From Podarcis cretensis (lineage: Eukaryota): a DNA stretch of 64,000 nt. The notes beneath the pieces are model-generated. The model ran no database searches and was not told where the DNA came from. It was given only the letters and a program-made list of their open reading frames with translations. Shown piece after piece: positions 25,559-38,025 of this stretch (position 1 is the stretch's first letter; every line of letters begins with the position of its first letter). The DNA lies in assembly GCA_951804945.1 (NCBI GenBank), contig OX638166.1, positions 22,444,001 to 22,508,000 of the forward strand. The letters are read 5' to 3'. The translations under genes were made by a program, and so were the position numbers.

Positions 25559-25992
25559 TGTCAGGGAACTGCCATTGGAGCCAGAGGGAGAGGGAGGGCT
25601 CCAGAGGGATTCCGGAGAGCGTCCCGGGAGGGAGAGAAGCAGCCCATCTGCTGGGGAAGGAAATCAGCGTAGCACCAGTGGAGAAGGGGGGCAGATGGGG
25701 GAATCGGCGAGGGGGCTCCATGACTCCTCGCCAGAGACCAGCGGGGAGAGCACGGGTCCTCCGCTGCCCACACCCTCCCTGCGCAGAAGGCTTCCACGCA
25801 GGGAGAGTAGGCGGAGACTAGGCATCAAAGAGCTTCTTTGCTGGAAGAAGTTCAAGAAACGCCCACTGACGGATTCTGCCAGCGATTGAGACAGCCACGG
25901 ATGGGTGGCTGTCCGGACAGAAAGGGTTTACCCAGGTACCCCAGCCAAGCGTGGCGCTGACTTACGCACGAGCAACCCCTAGAACCATTACA
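25559..25992 (+). mobile_element. Solo LTR (434 bp), same family as 5347-5800
   Basis: TGTCAGGGAACTGCC...CCATTACA; perfect 5-bp TSD ataat (25554-25558, 25993-25997). Confidence 0.88.
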
Positions 25993-26065
25993 ATAATTTT
26001 CCCTAAAACTCAAAATGCTTTGCTCTTTTTTAAGGCAAGAAACGTTAAAGTAGGAAAATACGCAC

Positions 26066-26228
26066 TTTATAAATGCCATCGTATCTGTTGCCTTCTTCAG
26101 GGGCATATTTGCTGATCCTTCGGCCCTTTGAGCTGCGAACCACTCGGACTGGCTTACCAGCTCTCCACTTTTTAGACTCGGCTCCATTTTTGTCATCCAG
26201 GGGGGCATCACAATTTAGCGCCAGTGCC
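26066..26228 (-). CDS. UHRF2: UHRF2 exon 11 (SRA)
   Basis: ttcag|G GCA...AAA|gtgcgt; [54 protein letters not shown]; 163 bp. Confidence 0.97.
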
Positions 26229-26602
26229 CTGAAAATGAAAACAACAAAAAACATAAGACATAATGCTTCCTCAAGTATTAAGAGAACAAGCAAATATCTT
26301 ACTCAGCTATTTCAAGTTAATTTTCCATGGGATGCAGAAGATAAAGCATTTTATTCAAGCTGAAGTTAAGAATTATTGACATAATGCCGGCACAACAGGA
26401 TTTCCCCCTGCATGCACCTGGAGGGTTTGGGGTGTTTGCAAAACAGATATAAGGGACACCCCAGGGCGAGGAGAACATTCCATTGCACAAGAAAAAAATT
26501 ATTGTGCTGATGGAACTGCTTAATGCTACACTGAATATAATCCAAAAGCAGATACAAGTAACATATAAAAACTAAGTTAAATTACCAGGCCACCATCTAA
26601 GG

Positions 26603-26787
26603 CAGGGGTTGTCAATCTGGTCCCTACCGCCCACTAGTGGGTGTTTCAGGATTCTAGGTGGGCGGTAGGGGGTTCTACAGCACAAGCTGAATCCTCCTTC
26701 CATCGAGCACTGGTGGGTGGTAAGGAAATTTTACCATCAAGAAAGATGCATTAGTGGCGGTAGGTATAAAAAGGTTGACTACCCCTG
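26603..26787. mobile_element. hAT-type MITE
   Basis: TIRs caggggttgtcaatct / aggttgactacccctg; 8-bp TSD atctaagg / ctctaagg. Confidence 0.85.
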
Positions 26788-26915
26788 CTCTAAGGCGTAA
26801 GAAAACATTCCCATGCAAACCAAATACTTTCCCATGTAAATTTCATTATTATTAGTCAATGAAAATTAATTCTAGAATCTGCCTGCTCCCATCACTGCTT
26901 GCTCCCAAGTAAATA

Positions 26916-27294
26916 CAGTGGTGCCTCGCAAGACGAAAAGAATCCATTCCGCGAGTCTCTACATCTTGTGGTTTTTTCGTCTTGCAAAGCAAGCCCATTA
27001 GCGGCTTAGCGGATAAGCGCTATTAGCGGCTTAGCGGATCAGCTGATAAGCGGTTTAGCGGATAAGCGGCTTAGCGGATCAGCTGATAAGTGGCTTAGCG
27101 GATCAGCTGATAAGCGGCTTAGCGGCTTAGAAAAAGGGGGGGGGAACCCGCAGGAACTCGCAAGACATTTTCGTCTTGTGAAGCAAGCCCATAGGAAATT
27201 CGTTTTGTGAAGCACCTCCAAAACGGAAAACCCTTTCGTCTAGCGGGTTTTCCGTCTTGCGAGGCATTCGTCTTGCAGGGCACGTCTTGCAGGG
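26916..27294. mobile_element. Tc1/mariner MITE with internal 24-bp minisatellite; right end rearranged
   Basis: TA-cagtggtgcctcgcaagacg; internal gcggcttagcggatcagctgataa repeats; right end ...gtcttgcagggcacgtcttgcaggg-TA. Confidence 0.85.
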
Positions 27295-27924
27295 TATGCT
27301 TAGGATTTGATTCTGATTTGTTTTAGTATTTATATGCCACTTTGTCAACAATAAAGCTGAGCTCATAGTGGCTCACAAATGTAACTAAGAAGTAAAAAGT
27401 AACATTTAAACCAACAAAACCATATTAATATAGCATACAGGCGGTGAGCATTTTGTGCATGCTCAATTGACGCATGACCATCGACGCATGGGTCCTTTTT
27501 GGACCCAGAGGAGGGCAAAATGGGGGCGGAACAGAATGGGGCATAACAGGGTGGCCTTATGAGTGCTCCATCGATGCACACGAGGGCCAGAAACGCAACC
27601 CCTGCACCAAATTGGGGGTTGCCTGTATTAGTAAAGAAAAATAAAGACGCAATTAATGCAATCCAATTTTAAAAAGATGGAGGCATCTGTCTGTCTCAAA
27701 AAACAATGGAGTGCATTTCTGGGGGTGGAGTCAAACCACTGGAAAATCACAGAGTATCTAGATTAATAATAATCAAATTTCAGCAAATAAACAGGTTCAC
27801 TGGAGTGTTTTCTCTATTCTAGAGGAAAAAAATTGTATGAATAGTTCATGATAACATTCAGCGCATAGTTGCGGGAGAGTCAACTTATTTTCTCCTTTTA
27901 ATGTAAGAATGTGGCACAGCTTAC

Positions 27925-28031
27925 CTGTTCATGTGTGTCAAAGTTTGATCAAATGAATGTTCTCCAATCCTTTTATTGCCGGACAGATCTCTTCCACCGC
28001 TCCCAGTGTAAGTAAATTCATCACCTCGATC
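27925..28031 (-). CDS. UHRF2: UHRF2 exon 10 (SRA)
   Basis: atag|GAT...AG|gtaagc; [35 protein letters not shown]; 107 bp. Confidence 0.97.
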
Positions 28032-28199
28032 CTATATGAGGAGATTAATTATTCTTTAAAATGCCAGGACTGCAAAAACTCAAATATACTAGTAAAAAAT
28101 TAATTGTTTTAACAAAGTTAACAATTGCCTCATATATAAAAACAGGTCAGTGCTTGATTTGCTGATGCCACAGATTTTTAGGTCATATCTTTATCAGTA

Positions 28200-28555
28200 C
28201 AGTGGTGCCTCGCAAGACGAAATTAATCCGTTCCGTGAGGCTCTTTGTATAGCGGTTTCTTCGTCTTGCGAAGCAAGCCCATTGACAGCTTAGCGGATTA
28301 GCGCTATTAGCAGTTTAGTGGCTTTTAGCGGATCCGCTGATAAGCGGCTTATCAGTGGATCAGCTGATAAGCGGCTTAGCGGCTTAGGAAAAGGGGGGGG
28401 GAAGGGGGTAAAACCCGCAGGAACTCGCAAGACATTTCGTCTTGCAAAGCAAGCCCATAGGGAAATTCGTTTTGCGAAGCGCCTCCAAAACGGAAAACCC
28501 TTTTGTCTAGCGGGTTTTCCGTCTTGCGAGGCGTTCGTCTTGCGGGGCACCACTG
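28200..28555. mobile_element. Tc1/mariner MITE, complete
   Basis: TA-cagtggtgcctcgcaagacg ... cgtcttgcggggcaccactg-TA. Confidence 0.9.
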
Positions 28556-31500
28556 TATATGAGTATGGGAAGTATACATATATATTACACATAAGAATAT
28601 TGGCTGCTATAAACAACTTTTTAGTAGCATAGATTTGAGTTTGTTTGTCTGGAAAAGAGGTTGATGAGGTACACAGATGAGGAGATTGTTCTCCATAGTG
28701 TTTTCCCCAACCCAAAGTTAAGAGTCTGTCAATGATTTTATTGTTCTAAAATGGATTCTTCAATTACGATACATTGTAAGCCAGTTTAGCACATTCATCT
28801 GTCTTTGCCAACCTGGCTCTTGCTGGGCTCGATGGGAATTATAGTGCAATAAATCTGGAGGGCACTAAGTTGGCAAATGCTGCCTTCTATCATCTCCTCT
28901 CCAAAACACAAATCAACAGATCACAAGGGTCTGTTGGACTCACCCAGAATGATGTTTGGCAAGTTATTCTGACATACCCTGTTCAACTACAGTCATACCT
29001 ACAGTCATACCTTGGCACTCATACATTTTGGCTCCCGAATGCCGCAAACCCGGAAGCGAGTATTCTGGTTTACGAAAGTTCTTTGGAACCCAATTGTCTG
29101 GTGCAGCTTCCACAGCTCCTGATTGTCCGCAGGAGCTTCCTGCAGCCAATCGGAAGCTGCGTCATTGTTTCCAAACATTTAGGAAGTGGAACAGACTCGT
29201 ACTCACTTAATGGTTTGCTACCGTTCCTCAGACATTTTAAGGAATCTGTAACCACATAAGGTAATAATATCCCATTGGTGTTTCTCCACTGGGGAGGAAG
29301 ACAATTTTCAGACATTCTTCCCCTGCCCCCATAGCTCTCCAATCTGCTCTCAAGGGTCCCTCAACCTTCCAGATCAGATTTTGGAGAAGAGGAAATTACT
29401 GAAAATAGTCTCCTTCCCCATTCCACTGAAGGATGCCTCCTATCAGTGGAAGACCCCCTAATGGATACCACACATAAACTTGGAGGGAGGGAATCTAAGC
29501 ACAAGACAAATTCATTCAGCAACTGGGATGAATACAGCAGTTTGCTAAGTATTAATGGGCTAAACAAAGTTGCTATCAATTGTTCAGGGGAAAAAATGTA
29601 ATTTTTCATTTATAAAGAACATTCCCACATTCTCCTGGTAAAAGCATACACTAACAAAATACTAAGGTTTTCTCTCACCACAATACAATAACTGCAAATG
29701 AACTGGAACAAACCTACTGCAACAGAATTTCAAGTATACTCTATTAACATCACAAAAATTTTGGGAACTGAAAAGCAAAGCAAGGGAGGAAGATCTATCT
29801 TTTCCTTTCCTCTTGAGTTGTCAAGAATGTGAGCATGCAAAACAGACTATAAAAATTATTAAAGAAAGGTTGAAATGTGTCGGATAATCCAATTTTAAAA
29901 CGCAGTCAGCAGCAAGAAAATAAGTCAGGCTGTGAGTGGACCTCCTGATACTTTTGTGGCCCCCAAATTGGGCTGATTTGCCCTGTGCCACCCTGGAAGC
30001 AACACATCCACCCCAAAGCAATTCCTATGTCAATATAAAGTTAGAACAGGGTTTTTAAAAGGTCAGGGGATGAGTGCACCAGCACTGTACAGGATCGCAT
30101 CTTTAAGGGGACAGAACTGGAAGGAGAGGCCTGCCGGTGACAGGAAAAGTGAAACCTGGCAAGGGCACCCCTGCCATAGACCTTCTCTAGCAAAGATGCA
30201 GCCACCTGGCAGTTCTCTCATTTTCACAGTGCTGTGGCCTCCTTCTTGCTGATGCCTGTCTCTCCTTCCTTCCTGCCTGACCCTTTACCCCTCAACCTGA
30301 CCTATAGAGATCAGGAGCTGATCCATTGCAGCAACCTACATTTTTAGTTCACATCTTATGAACTAAAAAACGATTAATGAATTATGAAGCATACATGAAT
30401 AATTTATAATGTTTTATAAGCAATCGATAACAGCATTAAGGGCTATTAATTATTATTATGCTACTAGATACATCAATTTAATCCACCTCATAATGAAGAT
30501 GAAGTGGAACGATAACAGATCACTAGACAAAGGTGAGAAACTTAGCTGAGGAAGGGATTTTTCAAGTGCAATCTTAGGCTTGTCTACTCAGAAGAAAGTC
30601 ATCTTGAGTTCAAGGGGACTCAGTTTCATCTTTAATATTTGTTGCATATTCATTTGTCTGTGCCACATTCATTCATTCATTCACATATGGTGTGTGTTTG
30701 TGGGTGTGTTACAGTATTCACAGGAGACCCAGCAAATTCAAGGTACTTAAGTTACCCCAACTGACATCATAATTTTTAACAGACCTATTCTAAGTATGAC
30801 ATAGCTGATCATCATCCATATAGATTTGGTCTTCTAAGGCGGCTTTACTTATCTAAGAGTAAGTCCTACTGAACTCAACAGGACGTTTTCTGAGTAGAAA
30901 CACGAAGAACACTACAAAACCCATTTATCATATTATCATAAGATAACAAAGTCTGTAACTTTAACAGATTTCCAAGTACTTACAAATTCCTATAATAGGC
31001 CATAGTAAAGTAAGGGGCAAAGAGAGAGGATGGAAATAATATTTAAGACCAATATAGATGCAATGCTAGCATGGCCATGTACTTGTGCTTAAGGGTGGAG
31101 ATGAAACCACAGAATTGACCAAGCAGCCCCTTCTCTCACATGCAAATTCCCTTTGATCTCTCTTTCCTTGGTTTAGGATTATGGGTGTTGCCTGGCTAAT
31201 GTTAAGCTATCTGTGCTTGGAATCTAACTTCAGAACCTACTGCAGGTAAGAAGAACTTGTGAAGTAGGAGAAGAGGATTCCGAGAAAGGGGATTTCAACC
31301 CCTTAAACTTAGTTAATAGTGCTGGTTCTACTATAAGTCCAAGTGAAGAAGATTATTCCACAATTATTCATCTTTAGGTTTCTATCATCTTTTCCTGAGG
31401 CACTGCCAAGATCTACTGTTCACTCAACCAAATCAGGTCACTTGTCAGATACAGAAACGATACAGGACTGCAATTCTGGCACAGAGGTTTCTGGATCACA

Positions 31501-32002
31501 AATATGTATTTGGCAAACCTGACCTATAGGCAGTATAGTGAAAAGGGAGGCTTAAACACTTCTATAATAAAATCTAACTGTAAGATAAATATATCAGTGC
31601 ACAAAAGTGTACATAATTTGAGTGGTACTTTAGCCCATTGAGCTTCTGAAACACACCACTTGCTAACCCATCATCATCATCACCAAGAAAAAAGAAAAGA
31701 AAAGTCAACAGACTCAGAAGTCATGGTATGCTACCAAGTTATGCTTATGCATCTAGCGTTGATAGGATATTAGGACCACATGCCTTGACCTTCGCAGTTC
31801 TTTCCAGTGATGATAATTTATCAGCACCAAGTATGTTCTCATGGGATTTCTTCAACCAAACACCCTTGATATCTTATATATCGCAGCAGTAAAAAGAACT
31901 GAATAAGTGTTTCACAAAGAATACATAATGATGCTACTGAGAAGGTTCATTTCATTTTCTTTACTAATGGCTCTTAAAAACAACTCTTAACACATTGCTT
32001 AC

Positions 32003-32055
32003 TGCTTTATCGTTCACCTGAAGCATGCTTCAGAATTCCTCCTGATGATACAGAG
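32003..32055 (-). other. Candidate alternative premature-stop (poison) exon of UHRF2
   Basis: cctcttcttcag|CTCTGT...AAAGCA|gtaagc; 53 nt; in frame with exon 9 gives LCIIRRNSEACFR*. Confidence 0.55.
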
Positions 32056-33927
32056 CTGAAGAAGAGGTGTAAACATTACTCTGATTGTAGAAAACAGCTT
32101 ATGCCTAAACAAACCATAGCTAGATTCATGAAATCAAAAAGAGACAAATATTGTTTCATCACACAGAACAGCTTGTAGCTTAATTTGTTAATATCTGCTT
32201 CCATTGGCTAGGCACTGGCCTGGTTGCAGGGAACAGTAAACCATAGTTAAAAACAAACTATGTTTAATGTGAATGGGTCCCCATGGTGTTCCACCCCTTT
32301 GCTATGGTGTGGCAGACAGAATAAGCCGGTCTGGCTTGTTGTGTCGTCTGAAGGCAGGCTTGTGATTTGTCGGTGGCAGAAGTGGAGGAACACTGCTAAT
32401 TCACATAAAATAGTTTGTTTTAAGAGATACTATGCCACAAATATCTTACTATTTACAGGTAAATATTGCTATTTATGCTTTTTAATCTGCAGCCTCCTAA
32501 ACCTAATTCTCACTGAGGCGTCAATCTGTCTTGTCTGAAACATTGTATGTTTCTCTGTACAAAAAACTATCCACATGTAGATGGGTACCATATCAGGTAA
32601 AAGTGATTTCTCAGATGTGCTAGTTTTCTACATGTTTTCTACAGGTTTTTGTTTTTGTACAGAGCAACTTTAAATCATGTGAAACCCATCTTGGAGTGTG
32701 AAGTGGTATGAACCAGGCATAGGTTATCATCTCTGTCAGATTAGGCCTAAAAGGAATACTCTTCTGGGTCCCAGAATATGGGCAGCATGCAGTCAGCTTG
32801 CTGAAGCCAAGCAAGTTTGGTTCTGGACAATACCTGAATGGCAGACTGCCTCAGAACCCCATGTACAAGCACCACCTTGATTTCCATCTTGGAAGTAAGG
32901 CACAATATAGATGTAATAAATAAAACAATGCTGGGAAAAACCAAGACTGCCACCAAAGGAAAAATGTAATATAATAAAAACATGATATAAATGTCAGTAA
33001 GCTTCATCTGAAACAGAATACACTCCACATGCAACCTTTTCCCAAAGTGCATGTGTCATTGTGTTACCAGATGCAACTGAGGCAAAATCACAATTTTCTC
33101 TGACTGAATTTTTGTAAAAAATAAATCCCAACATTATGAATAGCTAAACACTATATAGTAGCAAACATTAAATCAAAGTGTATGTTGTTGTGGGAGAGGA
33201 GGGTCAACAATTAAATTTCAATGGAGTTTGAGTCTAACTATCTGTGCTTGGAATCTGCTAGTGAAATACTAAAATAATTCTAAAGTCAAAGAGACCCTCA
33301 TTCTGAAGATTCTAAACAACAGCATCTGTATTTTTGGCCTGAGCATTATGGAAAGAAAGCTGAGCTGAGCTAGTATTTGCAGCTTTGATCTTCAAATGTG
33401 TAGGCTCAGGAAGACATCAATGGACATTGCTTCCTAGTAGATTCTGAAGTTTTACTATTAGGAGGAGACCCTCTGGGAAACTAAATAAACCTGCTGGACC
33501 TCGACCTGAGTGTGGATAGTACAGTTGAAATGGGACCTAGCTGTGGGCAGCCTAAGGAAGGTACCATTCACCTTTGGTTGGTCGGCCCATAAAAAGCAAA
33601 CCTAGAGTGAGAGAATAGGATCCACTGTTTCCAGGATCTTTTCTCATTGTTAGAAGTTTGTGAGTGAGCTGTGTTTCTTTGCACCCTGGGTGAGAACCCA
33701 GAGGCTGGGAGGGAAACTGTATCCAAAGGAAAATAAACTGATATTGAGATAAATTAGTAACTATGCATTAATATAATAAATTGTATATGTATGTAACTGT
33801 ATATTTTGGTAATATTTTGTTTTAAGTTGTCTGTTGTTGCTTCAGGTTTTTTTGTACTCTGCTTAGAGAATTTTTTAAATAGATTAAGCAATATAGTAAT
33901 TAAAAAATCAGATCAAAACAAAAAATA

Positions 33928-34259
33928 CAGTGGTGCCTCGCAAGACAAAAAGAATCCGTTCCGCGAGTCTCTTCGTCTTGCGGTTTTTTCGTCTTGCGAA
34001 GCAAGCCCATTAGCGGATTAGCGCTATTAGCGGGTTAGCGGATCAGCTGATAAGCGGCTTAGCGGATCAGCTGATAAGCGGCTTAGCGGCTTAGAAAAAG
34101 GGGGGGAGGGGAAAAAATCCGCAGGAACTCGCAAGACATTTTCATCTTGCGAAGCAAGCCCATAGGAAATTCGTTTTGCGAAGCACCTCCAAAACGGAAA
34201 ACCCTTTCGTCTAGCGGGTTTTCCGTCTTGCGAGGCATTCGTCTTGCAGGGCACCACTG
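33928..34259. mobile_element. Tc1/mariner MITE, complete
   Basis: TA-cagtggtgcctcgcaagac ... gtcttgcagggcaccactg-TA; close copy of 26916 and 28200. Confidence 0.9.
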
Positions 34260-35625
34260 TACACAAATAATTAAAACACACAATTAATGGCAGAGTTTGG
34301 ATATGAATTCTGTGAGTTGTTTATGGCTGCAGCTCATATGCTAGTTGGTAAACTGTGGAAGAAATAGAATGTGAGCTTGTACCATCCAGATAAACACTGC
34401 AAAGAACTGAATAATGGAAGATAGTAATGAACTCTCCCAGCACACCAGGTCTGGAACAACAATGTACATGAAGGACTACACCAGTGAAATGGATTACCTA
34501 ATGAAGGTGCTGTTTGTATGGTGGAAAAATGGCCAGCTGGAAGAATGGTTTAACGGCAAGTGAAGGACGTCGACTGGGCTTTAAAAAAGAAATGATGTGC
34601 CTATGTGAGGATGATGATCTTATGTTCAGAACCGGAGTGGGAAACTTTATTTTAAGAAACTGTATTAAATTAATTTGGTTTGATTTGTAATAATTTGGAA
34701 AATTAATAAAAAAATAATTGGGGGGGATTTTCATTTTTGATGAGGCCCCTAAAATAGGTAGCTATTAGAGGTAAAACCCTATATTTTGAAAACATGTTTA
34801 TTTATTTTTTTTCAATTTACATCCCACTCCTTGTTGCAAGACGCAATGGAAGAGTATCAAACATATGGTGTTCAACTATCAGTGAATTTACACTATACAG
34901 ATCATTATGACTACTTTACTGAAGAAAACTGAACAAAAAGGCTGTTTTTCAGCTGCTACAAGAAGCTATACACTGTTGGCATCAGTCTAAGTAACCCATG
35001 TATTTATTTTCCATTTGGAACCACCAGCATGGCCTCTCCAGCAGATCATCTTAGGCAGTGGCATTTCCGTACATAAACAAGTCCCAAACTGTTAAGGGCT
35101 TTTATAGGTAAAAAATGATACACTTAATCTGACTTGCTGGCAAATAGCCTTGAAATCAAGGCTGCCTATTTGATGCAAGTATAGACCTGCTCCTGCACAG
35201 AATCCTGTAGGGGAGAAGGTGGGGTGAATTTTAGATGGAGAGAAAAGGAAACAAAGGAATGAAGCAAGTCATTTGAGCACATAATTCCTAAATAACTGTT
35301 GCCAATGACTGCTTTGAGCCCTTCTTCTGTCCCCCAAGACTAGGTTAGGGGTGGGGGAGAGAGAAGGATTTGAGTGTTTCTCCTTTCATCCCCCCACCCA
35401 ACCAATTAGGCTTCCAGGATGCTCACAAACTGGGTCTCTACTAACACATATATAAATGATAGACGTGTCGGTTCATACACAACCAGAAATACACCTATTT
35501 TAAAATGTTTGTTGCAATATTACAAGTGCCGTTAAATATTGTCAAGTTTTCTCTAGATATGGTATTTAATAAAGAAATTAAATCAACTCTCAGTGCACAT
35601 AAGCAAATGTGGAAATAAAACTTAC

Positions 35626-35730
35626 TACTTCATCTTCAAATCCTCCAGCCAGCACAAGGGAATAAGCTCCATCATTACTCCGTCCATGAATTCCACCAAC
35701 ATGAGGTCTATGAACACCTGCTTCACTCAC
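35626..35730 (-). CDS. UHRF2: UHRF2 exon 9 (SRA)
   Basis: ccaag|GTG...GTA|gtaagt; [35 protein letters not shown]; 105 bp. Confidence 0.97.
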
Positions 35731-36312
35731 CTTGGTGATAAAACAAGTGAAAGTAGTTTGAAACAAGTTCTTACAGTGATGGAACAATGTAGTTTGCATT
35801 CACCTTTTTCTCTGAACTGCGGCTTTCCATAACAGATAAGCCACTTTTCTAAATAGTTTCAAAATTTGGAAACTGCCTCCAATACAGTGTGAACCACCAC
35901 TGGCTTATAGCAGACGCTTTAGATAATGGCTGATGGCATCACAAACAGTTTTAAGTATTGAAAATGCAATTGGGATGAGGTTGTATAATTTGTTTACTAG
36001 TGCAGATGACACAAGGAAAGAAGAAAGCTTAAGGTTACCAAAGTAAGAGCATGGAACCTACATCAGGAAAAGACAAAAGGTAGACTGAGACTTACTGGTA
36101 GGTTTTTGGATGCTTTCTAGAAAGAGTCTTGACTCCCAGTTATTTAACAATGGTAATGACAAGTCTTTTCCCACCTCTTACAGTGTTATTCTTAACATCT
36201 TTTTTCAGAAGTAGCCTGTTCCATGGCTCCAGTTGGCGGTCCTCAGGTATTTATAAAAAGAACAAAATAGACTGCACAAGCCTGATCTGCCCATCCCTGA
36301 TTTATTTAATAC

Positions 36313-36420
36313 CTGAACTCTGAACTTCCAGGTTGCTCCAACAGGAACTCCAGGTATGGGTCCATAGTGGTTAGAAGGAACAATAGTGCATTCCTTAGTA
36401 CGACCAACACAAGCCATACC
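36313..36420 (-). CDS. UHRF2: UHRF2 exon 8
   Basis: tgtag|GGT...CAG|gtatta; [36 protein letters not shown]; 108 bp. Confidence 0.97.
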
Positions 36421-37287
36421 CTACAAACACAAGAGACAAGAAGGTGATGTGTTCCAGTCTGTATATGTATTGCAGTTGAAATTGCTTTTACATACAGAAC
36501 GGTTTTTAAGTGTTTTTTATATTTTACAGGAAGCAATTTAAAAAATGCAACCAGCCAGCCAACCAACCACCCAAATAAATAAGTAAGTAAGTAAGTAAGT
36601 AAGTAAATAAGTAAATAAGTGATTTAGCAAAGTGATTGTGGAGCTTTCTGATGAGATGCCCATTTTAGCTGTGTTCAACCCTAGCCTATCACTTGAATCA
36701 AAAAGGACAATGGTGTGCATACATTATTCTGGTGTGAACAAAACCTACTTCAGTGCATTATCACTATGAAATGGGGGAAGGAGCATATTTGAAAGATCTC
36801 ATGGTTATGATCTTAAAGAATAGTCAGATTCACAAGGGAATAGACAATCCTTCAGGTATCACATTTCCAAGTCATATAGGGTGATTTACAGGTCAACTGA
36901 ATTATGTCCCAATACAGACTTAAAGAAAGAGGTGGCTTGAAAAACTGACATTTTCTGTTGTTTTCCCTGTCCCGTGGAATGCCTTACACTCTGCCATATG
37001 TGAAGCAGCATTCATTGGTTCCTTCAGATGTCTTTTGAAGACTTACATTTTCCCAGAACCATAAGACTGGATCCTGTTTTGCATGTTGAAGTTCTCTGAA
37101 TTTTTCTTTTATTGGCTTTTATGTGTTTTTCTACTACTGATCTCTTGGTTTTAGGTTCTATTATTGTTGTTTCTTAATGATATACTGCTTTTTAAACTGC
37201 ATACTGTTTTAGAGATTTCTGAAATATTACGTGATTTATAAATTATTTTAAATAAATAAATGCAACTTCTTTCTAAATACGCTTTAC

Positions 37288-37411
37288 CTTGCCCCAATCT
37301 CGCTGGCTGTCTGTGTAGGCAGATGGCATCTTTGCCTTCTTTTTACTCTGCTTGAGCTTTTCCCCAGCTTTTACAACTTCATTAGAATCAATTTTACAGG
37401 AAGGACAGTAC
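37288..37411 (-). CDS. UHRF2: UHRF2 exon 7
   Basis: tttag|G TAC...AAG|gtaaag; [41 protein letters not shown]; 124 bp. Confidence 0.96.
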
Positions 37412-37838
37412 CTAAAAACAATGGAATGGTTTAAAATTAACACCACTGCCTGAAAAATAAACCAAAGGTATTTGTTTTTTGTATTATAACCAGTATATTA
37501 AAATGATGAGTGGACTAAAAAAATCCCACATCTTCATCATTGCCCCTTGTTTCGTTGCTACTCCTTTGTTCTAAAGCTGCTGCCTTTTTGAGTATTTGAA
37601 GTATGGATATAGGCTGCAATTATTCAAAAATCAGTACAGAAATAACCACAATTGTATATTCCCCAACATTTTGTCATTCCAAGGCCAAGTCACTCTCACA
37701 AGAGGTTCCTGAGCTCACCGCTCTAAAGCACAGCACAAAGTTAGTGACAAACCTACACTCTTATAAAACTGAAATTCTATTCTTCATACAATCCCACATA
37801 CTGAACATTTTAAAATGAAATAGTGTTGCATTATTTAC

Positions 37839-38025
37839 CAGTCTTCATCTTCTGGTATCTTGCTTAAAGGTGGGTTCAGACAGTATATATGGTAGGCCAT
37901 ATTGCACTCATCACAAAGAAGTTGCATGTGGGCATCCTGTTTCCCTCCACACAAATAACAAGAGCAAAATCGGCATTCTTTATCAGGGTCCGCTCTGCAA
38001 TGCTTGCATTCTGGACCACTCTTTC
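37839..38025 (-). CDS. UHRF2: UHRF2 exon 6 (PHD finger)
   Basis: tgcag|GA AAG...TG|gtaaat; [61 protein letters not shown]; 187 bp. Confidence 0.97.

Noticed and set aside
27001-27130. Regularly spaced short palindromic repeats resembling a CRISPR array
   Set aside because: No unique spacers; it is a tandem minisatellite inside a TA-flanked MITE in a vertebrate intron
29679-29716. Second possible poison exon in UHRF2 intron 9 (ctgttgcag|TAG...GTG|gtgaga, with TGCATG upstream)
   Set aside because: Weak polypyrimidine tract and weaker donor than the 32003-32055 candidate; such matches arise by chance and I have no independent support
34290-34720. Possible L1-like 3' remnant; similar decayed pieces around 56500-57330
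   Set aside because: Too degenerate to set boundaries or family confidently
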